From Acidimicrobiia bacterium (GTDB lineage Bacteria; Actinomycetota; Acidimicrobiia; Spongiisociales; UBA5794): a DNA stretch of 64,000 bases. Shown here piece after piece: positions 40,018 to 51,137 of the stretch. The stretch's first letter is position 1; each line of letters opens with the position of its first letter. Position numbers and translations under genes: made by a program. The notes under the pieces are model-generated. The model made no database searches. It worked only from the letters and a program-made list of their open reading frames with translations, and was not told where the DNA came from. Location: NCBI GenBank assembly GCA_003235475.1, contig QJWC01000116.1, positions 29-64,028 on the forward strand, written 5' to 3'.

Positions 40018-41000
40018 TGCGACCGATGTCGACAGAGCCGGCGCCCCTCCGCCAACGGACCACATCTGCTGTCGATGGCCCTCACGTCGTGGCAATCGGG
40101 GGAGGGCACGGCCTGTCGAATGCCCTCCGCGCCGCGACCTCATATGCCGGTCGGGTCGACGCTGTCGTGTCCGTCACCGACGATGGGGGCTCGAGCGGTC
40201 GCCTGGTCCCGCACCTCGACATCCCGCCCCCCGGTGACATCCGGAAATGCCTCCTCGCGCTCGCACCGTCGGAGTCGCCGTGGACGAAGCTCTTCGACTA
40301 CCGGTTCGATGAGTCAGACGTTGCGGGACACTCGCTCGGCAACCTGATCCTTGCCGCTCTCGCGGACATCGAAGGATCGTTCGAGAACGCCCTCGTCATG
40401 GCCGAGCGCCTACTGCGGACCTCGGGGAGCGTGATTCCTGCGTGCAGGGACCACCTCAAGCTGGTGGCAGAGTCAGACGATTCGCGGCTCGACGGACAGG
40501 TCACGATCGGGAAGCACCGCGGGAGGATCGATTCGGTCTGGGTCGAGCCGCTGTCAGCGGCAGCGACGCCCCACGCCGTTGACGTCATCGAGTCTGCTGA
40601 CCAGATCCTCCTCGGCCCTGGGAGCCTCATCACGTCGACGGTTGCAGCGATGCGCGTACCCGGCATCACGGAGGCAATCAACCGTTCGGGCGCGAGGGTC
40701 GACTACATCGCAAACCTCATCACCCAGGACGGTGAGACGTATGAAATGGACGGTATCGACCACCTGGACGCGCTCCTCCGCCTGACAGGAGTGCGCCCTC
40801 CCGCTGCTATCGTCGCGAACGAACACGAGTTCAAGGTACCCCCACCGCACCGGGCCATCGAGTTCGACCCCGACCTGACGGCGACCTACGGTGCCGACCT
40901 CGTTTCGGCCGATTTGGTCGACACGAGCAGCACTTGGCCGAGCCACGATCCGGTGAAGCTGGGGCTTGTGCTTTCATCGATGGCCCGCACGGGCGGGTAG
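40017..41000 (+). CDS. yvcK: YvcK/CuvA (GlmR-like) family protein
   Basis: IGGGHGL, DDGGSSG, PPGDIR, GHSLGNL, LGPGSL. Confidence 0.92.
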   Translation: MRPMSTEPAPLRQRTTSAVDGPHVVAIGGGHGLSNALRAATSYAGRVDAVVSVTDDGGSSGRLVPHLDIPPPGDIRKCLLALAPSESPWTKLFDYRFDESDVAGHSLGNLILAALADIEGSFENALVMAERLLRTSGSVIPACRDHLKLVAESDDSRLDGQVTIGKHRGRIDSVWVEPLSAAATPHAVDVIESADQILLGPGSLITSTVAAMRVPGITEAINRSGARVDYIANLITQDGETYEMDGIDHLDALLRLTGVRPPAAIVANEHEFKVPPPHRAIEFDPDLTATYGADLVSADLVDTSSTWPSHDPVKLGLVLSSMARTGG

Positions 41001-41010
41001 GAGAGAATCC

Positions 41011-42093
41011 ATGAAGATCGCCATCAACGGGTTCGGCCGGATCGGCCGGAACTTCTTCCGGGCAGCGAAGGGCACCAGTGTCACATCGGACGTCCGCAAA
41101 GCGCTGTACGGCATCGATGTCACCGACGTCGAAGCAATCCAAGAGACCTGGAAGGAGATCGCCTCTGCGCTCAAGGGCTTCGACATCGTGGCGATCAACG
41201 ACCTCGGCGATGTCGAGGCGAACGCGAACCTCCTGAGATACGACACGGTTCACGGGCGGTACCCGGGATCCGTCGAGGTCGTCGACGGCGACATGGTGGT
41301 CGATGGGGATCGTTTCAAGGTGTTCGCGGAGCGAGACCCGGCGAACCTGCCGTGGGGAGAACTCGGTGTGGACGTCGTGATCGAATCGACGGGCGTGTTC
41401 AGGACCCGAGACGCAGCCGCAAAGCACCTCGAGGCGGGAGCGAAGCACGTCATTGTCTCGGCACCGATGGGTGATGCCGATCTGTCGATCGTGCTTGGCG
41501 TCAACGATGCCGATCTGGACGTCGAGGAGCACCGCGTCATTTCGAATGCATCGTGCACGACGAACTGCGTAGCGCCGATGGTCAAGGTGATCGACGAGGC
41601 CTTCGGCATCCAGAACGGCGCGTTCACGACATGCCACGCGTACACGAACGACCAGAGCCTTTCGGACGTTCTCCACAAGGACCCTCGTCGGGCGCGTGCC
41701 GCTGCGCAGAACATCATCCCCGCATCGACCGGCGCCGCCACGGCGGTCGGGAAGGTGCTGCCGAACATGCAGGGCAAGTTGCTCGGCACGGCGCTTCGGG
41801 TTCCCGTGATCGACGGTTCGATCACGGACCTCGTGGTCAACGTCGGCCGCGAGACGACCGTCGACGAGGTCAACGGAGCGCTCAAAGCGGCAGCAGAGGG
41901 CGAACTCGCCGGGATCATGCGGTACACGGAAGACCCGATCGTTTCTTCGGACATCGTCGGTGACCCGCACTCGTGCATCGTGGACGGTGCATCGACGATG
42001 GTGTCCGGTTCGCTCGTGAAGGTGTTCGGCTGGTACGACAACGAGTGGGGATACTCGAGTCGCCTCGTGGACCTCGCCCGCAAGCTTGCCTGA
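41011..42093 (+). CDS. gap: type I glyceraldehyde-3-phosphate dehydrogenase with an N-terminal-domain insertion
   Basis: [27 protein letters not shown]. Confidence 0.97.
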   Translation: MKIAINGFGRIGRNFFRAAKGTSVTSDVRKALYGIDVTDVEAIQETWKEIASALKGFDIVAINDLGDVEANANLLRYDTVHGRYPGSVEVVDGDMVVDGDRFKVFAERDPANLPWGELGVDVVIESTGVFRTRDAAAKHLEAGAKHVIVSAPMGDADLSIVLGVNDADLDVEEHRVISNASCTTNCVAPMVKVIDEAFGIQNGAFTTCHAYTNDQSLSDVLHKDPRRARAAAQNIIPASTGAATAVGKVLPNMQGKLLGTALRVPVIDGSITDLVVNVGRETTVDEVNGALKAAAEGELAGIMRYTEDPIVSSDIVGDPHSCIVDGASTMVSGSLVKVFGWYDNEWGYSSRLVDLARKLA

Positions 42094-43294
42094 CCCGATC
42101 CGCGTCCGGGGGCTCGACGACATCGACCTCACCGGTCGAACGGCCTTCATCCGATCCGACCTGAACGTCCCGATCGAGGGTGGCGTCGTGTCGGATACGT
42201 TCCGGATCGTCGCGAGCCTTCCCACGATCGAAGAAGTGAGGCAGCGGGCGTCGCGCGTGGTCGTCGCAAGCCACCTGGGACGACCCGACGGCTATGACGA
42301 GCGCCTGTCGATGCGTCCGGTCAGCCGCGCACTCGGCGACATCGGTGGTTTCGAGGTCGTGCAGGCCCCCGCGGTGGTCGGAATGTCGGTCGCCGATGCG
42401 ATCCACGGCGCCCCTGAGGGCGCGGTGGTCGTGCTCGAGAACACACGATTCGAGGCAGGCGAGACGACGAACGACGCGAACCTTGCTGACGCGATGGCCT
42501 CGCTCGCAGACGTCGCGATCAATGATGCGTTCGGGACGGCGCATCGGGCCCATGCCTCGAACGTCGGTGTCGCTGAGAGGCTGCCGTCGGCTGCTGGAAG
42601 GCTTCTCGCATCCGAGATCGAAGCGTTCGATCGCGTGCTCACCAGCACAGACCGGCCGTACGTCGTGATCATGGGCGGTGCGAAAGTGTCTGACAAGCTC
42701 GGGGTCATCCGAAACCTCTTGCCACGGGTCGACTTGATGCTGATCGGCGGTGGCATGTGCTTCACGCTGCTCAAGGCAGCCGGCTTCGCGGTCGGCGACT
42801 CGCTCGTCGAGGACTCCATGTTGCCGGAGGTCGCAGACCTGCTGTCGTCCGTGCACGGGGACAAGATCGCCCTCCCGACGGACCTCATCGTGGCTGATGC
42901 CTTCGCAAGCGACGCGAACCACGAGGTCCGGAGTGCGTCGGACATCGATCGGGGGACGCTCGGCCTCGACATCGGGCCGGACACGCGGGCTGCGTTTGCC
43001 GGGGCGGCCAGAGAGGCGGAGATCGTCTTCTGGAACGGCCCGATGGGCGTATTCGAGTGGGAGGCATTCCGAGCTGGCACGGAGGCAATCGCAGAGGCCG
43101 TCGCGGAGTCCAACGGCTATACCGTTGTCGGAGGCGGCGACAGCGCCGCGGCGCTCCGGCTGCTCGGGCGGGAACACGACGTGTCGCATCTCTCGTCTGG
43201 TGGGGGAGCGGGCCTCGCAATGCTCGAAGGGGCGAAACTGCCGGGCATCACCGTGCTCGAGTTGAATACCGGAGGAGACACTGATGGGGAGTGA
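42086..43294 (+). CDS. pgk: phosphoglycerate kinase
   Basis: [40 protein letters not shown]. Confidence 0.97.
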   Translation: MPDPIRVRGLDDIDLTGRTAFIRSDLNVPIEGGVVSDTFRIVASLPTIEEVRQRASRVVVASHLGRPDGYDERLSMRPVSRALGDIGGFEVVQAPAVVGMSVADAIHGAPEGAVVVLENTRFEAGETTNDANLADAMASLADVAINDAFGTAHRAHASNVGVAERLPSAAGRLLASEIEAFDRVLTSTDRPYVVIMGGAKVSDKLGVIRNLLPRVDLMLIGGGMCFTLLKAAGFAVGDSLVEDSMLPEVADLLSSVHGDKIALPTDLIVADAFASDANHEVRSASDIDRGTLGLDIGPDTRAAFAGAAREAEIVFWNGPMGVFEWEAFRAGTEAIAEAVAESNGYTVVGGGDSAAALRLLGREHDVSHLSSGGGAGLAMLEGAKLPGITVLELNTGGDTDGE

Positions 43295-44060
43295 CGTGCG
43301 CAAGAACCTGATCGCTGGCAACTGGAAGATGCATGCGACGCACCTCGATGCGATCCAGATGGTGCAGAAGCTGAGCTATCGCCTCGACCACGGCGACTAC
43401 GAGCGCGTCGAGGTGCTTGTGTGCCCGCCGTTCACGTCGCTTCGGTCGGTGCAGACCGTCATCGAGACCGACCATCTCTCGATCAAGCTCGGGGCGCAGA
43501 ACGTCAACCCGAACGACCAGGGTGCGTTCACCGGCGAAATCTCGCCAGCGATGCTCGCCAAGCTCTCCGTGTCCTATGTCATCGTCGGTCATTCGGAGCG
43601 ACGTCAGCTGTTCGGCGAATCCGACGCCTTCATCAATCAGAAGATGCGTTCGGTGTTCGATGCAGGCATGACGCCGATCCTGTGTGTGGGCGAAACCGAA
43701 GCCGAGCGCGATGAGGGGAGTGCGATGGATCGCGTCGGATCGCAGGTCGCCGCCGGCATCGCCGGACTCTCGGATGAAGAGCTCGGGAGACTCGTCGTCG
43801 CGTACGAGCCCATCTGGGCGATAGGGACGGGCAAGACTGCGAGCGCCGACGACGCAGATGAGATGTGCGGTTTCGTCAGGTCGCAGGTCGGCGCTGCTTC
43901 GTCGGAGGCGGCCGAGCGCACGAGAGTGCTGTACGGGGGGTCTGTGAATCCCGGAAACATTGCCGGGCTCATGGCCAAGCGCGACATCGACGGGGGGCTC
44001 GTGGGTGGCGCATCACTCGATCCGGACCAGTTCGCTTCTGTCGTCCGATACTGGATGTAG
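43284..44060 (+). CDS. tpiA: triosephosphate isomerase
   Basis: AGNWKM, GHSERR, AYEPIWAIGTG, YGGSV, LVGGAS. Confidence 0.98.
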   Translation: MGSDVRKNLIAGNWKMHATHLDAIQMVQKLSYRLDHGDYERVEVLVCPPFTSLRSVQTVIETDHLSIKLGAQNVNPNDQGAFTGEISPAMLAKLSVSYVIVGHSERRQLFGESDAFINQKMRSVFDAGMTPILCVGETEAERDEGSAMDRVGSQVAAGIAGLSDEELGRLVVAYEPIWAIGTGKTASADDADEMCGFVRSQVGAASSEAAERTRVLYGGSVNPGNIAGLMAKRDIDGGLVGGASLDPDQFASVVRYWM

Positions 44061-44088
44061 GCGCCGCCCTGGCGCATAGAGTGGCCGT

Positions 44089-44472
44089 ATGACCTTGTAC
44101 GAGCTTCACTGCGAGTTCGACGTCACGCGTCGCATCGGATGGTCGGACGACGATCTCGGCGATCACATCGATGAGGTCTACGAGACACTCCATCAGGGCA
44201 AGGACGTCGTCGGCATCGATTCGCGAGCGGACCTCGACACCGGCATGACCGAGATCACGGTGCGGTTCCGCGATTGGATAACCGACGACCCCGAACACGT
44301 CGGCCGCGTCATCCTCGGTGCTGCCATCTCTTCGTCCGGGGCGGAGCACGAAGGCCTGCTTCCGATCGGGCGGGCCGCCGGCGCGGGTGTGGGAGCGATG
44401 CGCTACCGCGGGATCAAGCTCCCTCACTGGAAGCTTCGCGCCGCATCCGCTGCACCCGTGGCCGACGAGTGA
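44089..44472 (+). CDS. hypothetical protein (127 aa)
   Basis: fills tpiA-gpmA gap; TAGAGT 6 nt before ATG; typical codon usage. Confidence 0.65.
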   Translation: MTLYELHCEFDVTRRIGWSDDDLGDHIDEVYETLHQGKDVVGIDSRADLDTGMTEITVRFRDWITDDPEHVGRVILGAAISSSGAEHEGLLPIGRAAGAGVGAMRYRGIKLPHWKLRAASAAPVADE

Positions 44473-44490
44473 TCCGGTAGCCTGCGCGCC

Positions 44491-45243
44491 ATGGGACAGT
44501 CGTCGACGCTCGTCTTGCTCCGTCACGGCGAGAGCGTGTGGAACCTCGAGAACATCTTCACAGGGTGGACCGACGTGCCGCTCTCCCCGAAAGGGGAGGC
44601 AGAAGCCCGCTCAGCAGGTCAGCTCCTCGAGGAGGCCGGCATCGAGCCCGATGTGGTCCACACTTCGCTCCTCCGGCGGGCGATCAACACGGCGAACCTG
44701 ACGCTTGACGCGATGGACCGGGGCTGGATTCCGGTGCGTCGTCACTGGCGCCTCAACGAACGCCACTACGGCGACCTCCAGGGACGCAACAAGAGCCAGA
44801 CAGCAGAGGAGTTCGGCGCGGAGCAGGTCCACGTGTGGCGCCGGTCCTACTCGACGGCGCCCCCGCCGGTCGCGGTCGACGACGACCGACATCCGGCGAA
44901 CGACCCTCGCTATGCGCATCTCGCTCCCGAGCAATTGCCTGCGACGGAGTGCCTCGCCGATGTTGTCGAACGGATGCTGCCGTATTGGTATGACGCCATC
45001 GTTCCGGACCTCCGCGCTGGTTCGTCCGTCCTCGTCGCTGCGCACGGGAACTCCCTTCGGGCCCTCGTGAAGCACCTCGACGGCGTCAGCGACGAGGAGA
45101 TCCCGGGGCTCAATATCCCCACGGGCATCCCTCTCCGCTACGTGTTCGACTCCAACCTTAAGGTTTTAGGCCGCGGGTATCTCGGGGATCCACTGGCGGC
45201 AGAGGAAGCTGCGGCACGGGTTGCAGCTCAGGCAAGCGGCTGA
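44491..45243 (+). CDS. gpmA: 2,3-BPG-dependent phosphoglycerate mutase
   Basis: [34 protein letters not shown]. Confidence 0.97.
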   Translation: MGQSSTLVLLRHGESVWNLENIFTGWTDVPLSPKGEAEARSAGQLLEEAGIEPDVVHTSLLRRAINTANLTLDAMDRGWIPVRRHWRLNERHYGDLQGRNKSQTAEEFGAEQVHVWRRSYSTAPPPVAVDDDRHPANDPRYAHLAPEQLPATECLADVVERMLPYWYDAIVPDLRAGSSVLVAAHGNSLRALVKHLDGVSDEEIPGLNIPTGIPLRYVFDSNLKVLGRGYLGDPLAAEEAAARVAAQASG

Positions 45244-45651
45244 CGTCTTCGCACCTTAACGCGATAGTTAAGGAAACCTTGAATATTTCATATGGGCTCG
45301 CCATACTGTGCCTACGCGCGGTGGGGGACGTTTCCCGCCGGGCGAAGATGGAACACGAGGCGAGGGAGCGTGTGCCATGGTGGTGGCTCCGAAGCGGTCA
45401 GGACACGCATTGTTCGAGCGTGTCATCGGACGCTGGTGGAGTGCCGCCGCGGTTGATGCAGATCTGCCATCGATCCCGACTCCATGTCCACGGCGGTTGC
45501 TGTGCATCGGCTGATCCCAGCACGATCGCACCGCGGCCATCAGGACCGGATCGGGGCGACAACAGTTGCAGTAGCGCGCTCCACTCGCCATACTTCCGCC
45601 ATATCGGACCCGTCTCGTTCGCGGGTCTTGGTGCGAGAAAGGGTTCGTACA

Positions 45652-45888
45652 TTGGTTGATGGAATCGTTGCGGTTCTCCATCTACTCGTTTCGCTGGCAT
45701 TGACCTTCCTTGTTCTGCTTCACGCGGGCAGGGGAGGCGGCATGGGTGACATGTTCGGCGGTGGCATGAGTAGTGGGAACGTGGGTGGCTCGACTGTGGT
45801 CGAGCGGAACCTCGACCGCCTCACGGTGGCGCTTGCGATTTCATTTGCCGTGACCACGTTCGTTTTGACGTGGTTGCTCGCAACCTGA
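45652..45888 (+). CDS. secG: preprotein translocase subunit SecG
   Basis: VLLHAGRGGGMGDMFGGG, VERNLDRLT; TTG start after AGAAAGGG. Confidence 0.9.
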   Translation: MVDGIVAVLHLLVSLALTFLVLLHAGRGGGMGDMFGGGMSSGNVGGSTVVERNLDRLTVALAISFAVTTFVLTWLLAT

Positions 45889-45941
45889 CCTGGCGGTCGG
45901 GCACCCGTCTCCGAACCCAGCGCTGATCAAGGAGGCAAATT

Positions 45942-47735
45942 TTGAATCGATTGTGGCGAAGCCGCTCGGTCGCGTTCATGGTCCTTCTCATTGCATTCGC
46001 TCTTGTAGCGGCCGCTTGCTCGTCTGACGACGGCACGGGCAATGAGACGACCACGACAACGACCGTGGCGCCAGACACAACTACGACTGCGCCGCCAGAG
46101 ACGACGACCACCACGGAGCCGAAGCTCGAGCATCCGTACGGTGGTGAAGCGATCGTCGCTGACGACCAGGAGCCCCCGACGCTGAACACGTTCGTTCCCG
46201 GTGGTGACAACTTCATTGTGTCGCTCATCGGAAACGCGTACTTCGTCGGTGTGCAGAAGATCGACGGCTACACGCTGGCTCTGATTCCAGACGTCGTCGA
46301 ATCGCTGCCGACGGTTTCCAACGGTGGCGTTGTCGTCAATGACGATGGCACGATGACCGTGTCCTACCAGATCCGCGACGAAGCGGTTTGGGAGGATGGA
46401 ACTCCGATCTCCGGTGACGACTTCCAGTTCACGCTCGACACCATCCTGAACCCCGATCTTCCGATCGACAAGACCACGTACGAGGATGTCGTCAGCTCTG
46501 ACGCTGGCGCGAAGACATTCACGTACACCCTCGCGGCACCGACGGCGATCTACGAATTGCTGTTCGGCGTCATCCTGCCGAAGCACCAGGTCGAGGGCTC
46601 GGACTTTGTCAACGACTGGAACGACACGATGTGGCTCTCTGGAGGGCCCTTCAAGTTCGACACGTGGGCAAAGGGTGAGTTCGTGCACCTGGTCAGGAAT
46701 GACAACTACTGGGGCATCGACGAAGAAACCGGGCAGACGCTGCCCTATCTCGACGAGGTGACCTTCAAGTTCATTCCGGAGACCGAGTCGATCCTCAACG
46801 CCTTCAAGGCACGCGAGGTCGATGCGATCAACCCGGCTCCAAGCACGGAGATCATCAACACGCTGCAGGCCCTCGAGCCTGAGGGTGCACGCGTCGAGGT
46901 GCTCGCCGGTTCGATCTGGGAGCATGTGAACTTCCAGTTCGGTCCTGGCCGTCTCGACCGGAACCCGAACAGCTGTAACGACAACTACAACATGCGCCTT
47001 GCGGTTGCCCAGGCCATCGACAAGACCGTCCTCACGGACGAGATCCTTGCCGGCCAGGTCGCACCGCTCTCGTCGTTCGTGGACGCGTTCTCGCCGACAC
47101 TGTCGACGAAGGCGTGGGATCAGTACTCGTACGATCCTGCCGCTGCAGCCGCGTCGTATGCCGCTGCTGTTGCTGAAACCGGCAAGGAGTGCTCGGTTGT
47201 CTTCTCCACGACGTCGAACAACGACGGTCGTGTGAAGATGTCAGAGCTCTTCGTCGGCATGTTCGAAGCTGCGGGTATCCCGTACGAGAACGACCTCGAA
47301 GACAGCTCGCTGTTCTTCGGTGAGACGCTCGACAACGGTACGTGGGACTTCGGCGAATGGGCATGGGTTGGCGGTGCAGGCCTTGCGGCTCTCATCAGCA
47401 ACTACGACCTGTTCGATCCGGAGGCACCGCCACCGGACGGCGGTAACTACTACCGCTGGGGCACGGAAGACAGTTCTGTCATCGATGACGCCACGGCTCG
47501 CTTTGCCGAGGTGCGCGATGAGATGAACGCGACCGTGGACGACCAAGAGCTTGTTGCCCTGATCCAGGAAGGCGAGAACATCATCGCCGACAACCTGGTC
47601 ATCATTCCGCTGTACGCCCGTCTCGCGACGGCAGCAGTGTGGGAGGATGAGATCGGGAACTACAAGCACAACCCGACCAACGGTGGACACACGTGGAACA
47701 TTGGCTATTGGTACCGAGTTGATCTCGAGGGCTAA
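45942..47735 (+). CDS. peptide/nickel ABC transporter substrate-binding lipoprotein (family 5)
   Basis: lipobox LVAAAC, Thr-rich linker, WEDGTPIS, GPFKF, RNDNYW. Confidence 0.9.
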   Translation: MNRLWRSRSVAFMVLLIAFALVAAACSSDDGTGNETTTTTTVAPDTTTTAPPETTTTTEPKLEHPYGGEAIVADDQEPPTLNTFVPGGDNFIVSLIGNAYFVGVQKIDGYTLALIPDVVESLPTVSNGGVVVNDDGTMTVSYQIRDEAVWEDGTPISGDDFQFTLDTILNPDLPIDKTTYEDVVSSDAGAKTFTYTLAAPTAIYELLFGVILPKHQVEGSDFVNDWNDTMWLSGGPFKFDTWAKGEFVHLVRNDNYWGIDEETGQTLPYLDEVTFKFIPETESILNAFKAREVDAINPAPSTEIINTLQALEPEGARVEVLAGSIWEHVNFQFGPGRLDRNPNSCNDNYNMRLAVAQAIDKTVLTDEILAGQVAPLSSFVDAFSPTLSTKAWDQYSYDPAAAAASYAAAVAETGKECSVVFSTTSNNDGRVKMSELFVGMFEAAGIPYENDLEDSSLFFGETLDNGTWDFGEWAWVGGAGLAALISNYDLFDPEAPPPDGGNYYRWGTEDSSVIDDATARFAEVRDEMNATVDDQELVALIQEGENIIADNLVIIPLYARLATAAVWEDEIGNYKHNPTNGGHTWNIGYWYRVDLEG

Positions 47736-47759
47736 ATAGCGTTTCAATCGTGAAACACA

Positions 47760-47793
47760 GGGAGAGGGGGCCCCGCTCGGGGCTCCCTCTCTC
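47760..47793 (+). terminator. hairpin after the substrate-binding protein gene
   Basis: GAGAGGGGGCCCC-GCTC-GGGGCTCCCTCTC. Confidence 0.65.
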
Positions 47794-47901
47794 GTTGTGG
47801 AACCGCCCAGATCTCCGCTGCTGTGGAATCGGCGCATTCGCAATGGCTGATCGGCCGGATTCCGGTATAGTTGCAGCACCCCGACGAGCCGGAGGCACCT
47901 G

Positions 47902-49050
47902 ATGCTCGCTTATATCACCCGTCGCCTTGTGTACGGGCTTGTGACGCTCCTTGCACTCAGCATGATCGTCTTCAGCCTTCTCCAAGCGTCCGGTGGGGGC
48001 CCGCTCGACCGGCTGAAGTTGAATCCGCGCATGCAGGATCTCATCGCACAGCTGACGAAGGACTGGGGCCTCGACCAACCACTGTGGCGGCAGTACCTCA
48101 CGTGGCTGTGGAACTACGTCACGCCGAACGACTTCTCGCCGCTGTGGGTACCGCTCGTCGCGATCGCCATCGCCGCGGGTGTGACCTTCGCGATCGTGAA
48201 GCTGGTCAAGTATCAGTGGAAGGGTGCCGCCATCCTTGCCGTGTGGGTACTCGCCGTGTACGGCGCGGTCACGAACATGACGATCCGTTTCAACTGGGGC
48301 ATCTCGTTCCAGGGATTCGGCGACGTGTGGGACCTCGTATTTTCGAGGGTCGGGGCAACGTTCCGGCTCGGGTTCACCGCCCTCGCCATCGCGTTGATCA
48401 TCGGTATACCGCTCGGGATCTACCAGGCGATTCGACAGTATTCCTTCTTCGACCAGCTCGGGACGATGGGCGCATTCCTGATGTTCTCGACACCGATCTT
48501 CATCATCGGCGTCGGGCTCCAGATCATTCTCGCCCTCTATCTCGAGAAGTGGACAGGCGTCAAGCTCTTCTTCGTCACCGGGATGAACGACCCCGGGTAC
48601 GCCAACCTGTCGCTCATCCAGCGGATCATCGACACGATCCAGCACCTGGCTCTACCCGCGATATCGATCGCGCTGATTTCCCTCGCTGGGTATTCGAGGT
48701 TCCAGCGTGCGTCGATGCTCGAGGTCTTGCACAGCGACTACCTCCGCACCGCAAAGGCAAAGGGCCTGCCGCGCCGCAAGGTCGTCGTCAAGCATGCCCT
48801 TCGAAATGCGATGATCCCCATCGTCACGCTGGTGTCCCTCGACATCGCGTTCATGATCGGCGGTGCGATCATCACCGAGTCGATCTTCGGGTGGCCCGGC
48901 GTGGGACGCCTGTACATCACGGCCATTGCAGGCATCGACTACCCGGTCGTGATGGCCATCGTGATGGTGATCGGCATCGGCATCGTCGCGATGAACATCA
49001 TCGCCGACATCTTGTACGGGGTGATGGACCCAAGGGTTCGGTATGACTGA
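47902..49050 (+). CDS. peptide ABC permease (OppB/DppB-like)
   Basis: GLDQPLWRQY, DYLRTAKAKGL, KHALRNA, DPRVR. Confidence 0.93.
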   Translation: MLAYITRRLVYGLVTLLALSMIVFSLLQASGGGPLDRLKLNPRMQDLIAQLTKDWGLDQPLWRQYLTWLWNYVTPNDFSPLWVPLVAIAIAAGVTFAIVKLVKYQWKGAAILAVWVLAVYGAVTNMTIRFNWGISFQGFGDVWDLVFSRVGATFRLGFTALAIALIIGIPLGIYQAIRQYSFFDQLGTMGAFLMFSTPIFIIGVGLQIILALYLEKWTGVKLFFVTGMNDPGYANLSLIQRIIDTIQHLALPAISIALISLAGYSRFQRASMLEVLHSDYLRTAKAKGLPRRKVVVKHALRNAMIPIVTLVSLDIAFMIGGAIITESIFGWPGVGRLYITAIAGIDYPVVMAIVMVIGIGIVAMNIIADILYGVMDPRVRYD

Positions 49051-50095
49051 TCCCGGTCAGGGAGCACCGCTGAGTCCGGACGTACTGGACGAAGCCGAAG
49101 GGATATCAGTCGAACCCATAACACAGTGGGACCTGTTTTCCACGCGTCTCCGTCGGCATCGGCTCGCAATGCTGGCGACCTTCTTCGTGGCCTTCATCGT
49201 GGTCGTGGTGCTGGTCGCGCCCCTCATGCAGAACGCAGGGTGGATCGACAATCCCACCAAGGGCCTCGTCGACGGCGCCGGTCGAATACTCGCCAACATC
49301 GAGCCACGTGCCAGCAACGATGGAGTGTTCTACGAGCAAATCGTCGATGGGGTCGAGCAGACCTTCGAAGCATCGCCCACTGCGATGCTGTTCGGCACCG
49401 ACTCGCTCGGCCGATCCGTGTTCTCCCGCCTCATCTTCGGTGGCCGAGCATCGCTGATCGTCGGGGCGGTAGCGGGCCTCATCGTGGCCTCGATGGGCAC
49501 CCTCGTGGGTTCGCTCGCCGGGTATTACCCGGGCGGTGTTGACCAATCACTGATGCGTTTCACGGACCTCGTCCTCGGCCTTCCGCTCCTTCCGGTTGCG
49601 ATCGTCGTCGGACGGCTTCTTCCCGAGCTCACCTTCTTACCGCTCTGGGTCAAGTCGGGACCGTTCGGCATCGCGATCCTGCTCGGGGCCCTGTCGTGGG
49701 GCGGCCTCGCACGCATCGTGCGCGCCGAGTTCCTCTCCCTGCGCGAGAAAGAATTCGTCGAGGCCGCACGCGCCGCAGGGGCGAACGACCGGCGGATCGT
49801 GTTCCGGCACATCCTTCCGAACGCAATGAGCCCGATCATCGTCCAGACAACCCTCATCATCGGCGCAGCCATCGTTGTCGAGGCAGCGCTTTCCTTCCTC
49901 GGATTCGGTGTCCGTCCGCCAACGCCGACCTGGGGAGCCATGGTTGCCGAGGGCGGCCGGCAGGCTGTTCGCGGCTTCTGGTGGGAGATCGTGTTCGCAG
50001 GCTTCGCTCTCGTCTCCACCGTCCTCGCCATCAACTTCCTGGGTGACGGTCTCCGAGACGCCCTGGATCCGACGCAGACGATCGAGCGAAAGTAG
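49043..50095 (+). CDS. peptide ABC permease (OppC/DppC-like)
   Basis: FGTDSLGR, EFVEAARAAGA, RHILPN, GDGLRDALDP. Confidence 0.93.
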   Translation: MTDPGQGAPLSPDVLDEAEGISVEPITQWDLFSTRLRRHRLAMLATFFVAFIVVVVLVAPLMQNAGWIDNPTKGLVDGAGRILANIEPRASNDGVFYEQIVDGVEQTFEASPTAMLFGTDSLGRSVFSRLIFGGRASLIVGAVAGLIVASMGTLVGSLAGYYPGGVDQSLMRFTDLVLGLPLLPVAIVVGRLLPELTFLPLWVKSGPFGIAILLGALSWGGLARIVRAEFLSLREKEFVEAARAAGANDRRIVFRHILPNAMSPIIVQTTLIIGAAIVVEAALSFLGFGVRPPTPTWGAMVAEGGRQAVRGFWWEIVFAGFALVSTVLAINFLGDGLRDALDPTQTIERK

Positions 50096-50102
50096 AGAAG
50101 GC

Positions 50103-51137
50103 GTGACGCAGCCACTCCTGAGGGTCACGGACCTTCGCACGTACTTCTCGACCGAAGAAGGTGTTGTCCGTGCCGTCGACGGCATCTCGTTCGACCTGCA
50201 GCCGGGCGAACGAAGGGGAGTTGTCGGCGAGTCCGGTTCCGGGAAGTCCGTGACCGCGATGTCCATCATGCGGCTGATCGAACCTCCCGCCGGTGAGATC
50301 GTCACCGGGAGGATCGAGTACAAGGGAGCAAACCTCCTCGAGATGGCGGAGGACGAGATGCAGGCGGTCCGCGGTGGCCAGATCGCGATGATCTTCCAGG
50401 ATCCCATGACCGCGCTCAATCCGGTCTACACGATCGGTGACCAGCTCATGGAGACGATCACACTGCATCAGAAGGTCTCGAAGCGCGAGGCCCGGGACAT
50501 CGCGATGCAAGCGCTCGCGGATGTGCAGATCCCGAACCCAGTCGCTCGCCTCGAGGAATACCCGCATCAGTTCTCGGGAGGTATGCGGCAGCGGGTGATG
50601 ATCGCGATGGGGTTGTCGTGCAATCCCGACATTCTGATTGCCGACGAACCGACCACCGCACTCGACGTCACGACGCAGGCCAAGATCATGGACCTGATGC
50701 TCGGCCTCGCGGACGAGCGCAACACTGCGGTGCTCCTCATCACCCACGACCTCGGCGTCGTCGCAGGATTCTGCGACACGATTCAGGTGATGTACGCGGG
50801 GGGGATCGTGGAGTCGGGGTCGGGTGACGAAATCTTCCACAACCCCCAGCATCCGTACACGTGGGGGTTGCTCGGTTCGATGACGAGGCTGGACCAGGCA
50901 CAGCAGGTGCGCCTGCACTCGATTGCGGGGGCGCCGCCTTCCGTGATCGACCTTCCCGTCGGCTGCCGCTTCCGTCCGCGTTGCGAGTTCGCGCAGGACA
51001 TCTGTGGACGAGTGCTTCCACCGTTGGTCGAGACGGGAGCCGGAAGATCCGTTGCCTGCCACTTCGCCGAGGAACTCGACCTGAAGGCGATCGACGTGCG
51101 TCACCGTGAGACAGAAGCCGAGGAGGTGATCTCGTGA
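50103..51137 (+). CDS. peptide ABC ATPase (OppD/DppD-like)
   Basis: [25 protein letters not shown]-terminal Cys motif. Confidence 0.94.
   Translation: MTQPLLRVTDLRTYFSTEEGVVRAVDGISFDLQPGERRGVVGESGSGKSVTAMSIMRLIEPPAGEIVTGRIEYKGANLLEMAEDEMQAVRGGQIAMIFQDPMTALNPVYTIGDQLMETITLHQKVSKREARDIAMQALADVQIPNPVARLEEYPHQFSGGMRQRVMIAMGLSCNPDILIADEPTTALDVTTQAKIMDLMLGLADERNTAVLLITHDLGVVAGFCDTIQVMYAGGIVESGSGDEIFHNPQHPYTWGLLGSMTRLDQAQQVRLHSIAGAPPSVIDLPVGCRFRPRCEFAQDICGRVLPPLVETGAGRSVACHFAEELDLKAIDVRHRETEAEEVIS

Noticed and set aside
45268-45700. Protein-coding ORFs in the gpmA-secG gap
   Set aside because: Atypical composition, no recognisable domain or clear start signal
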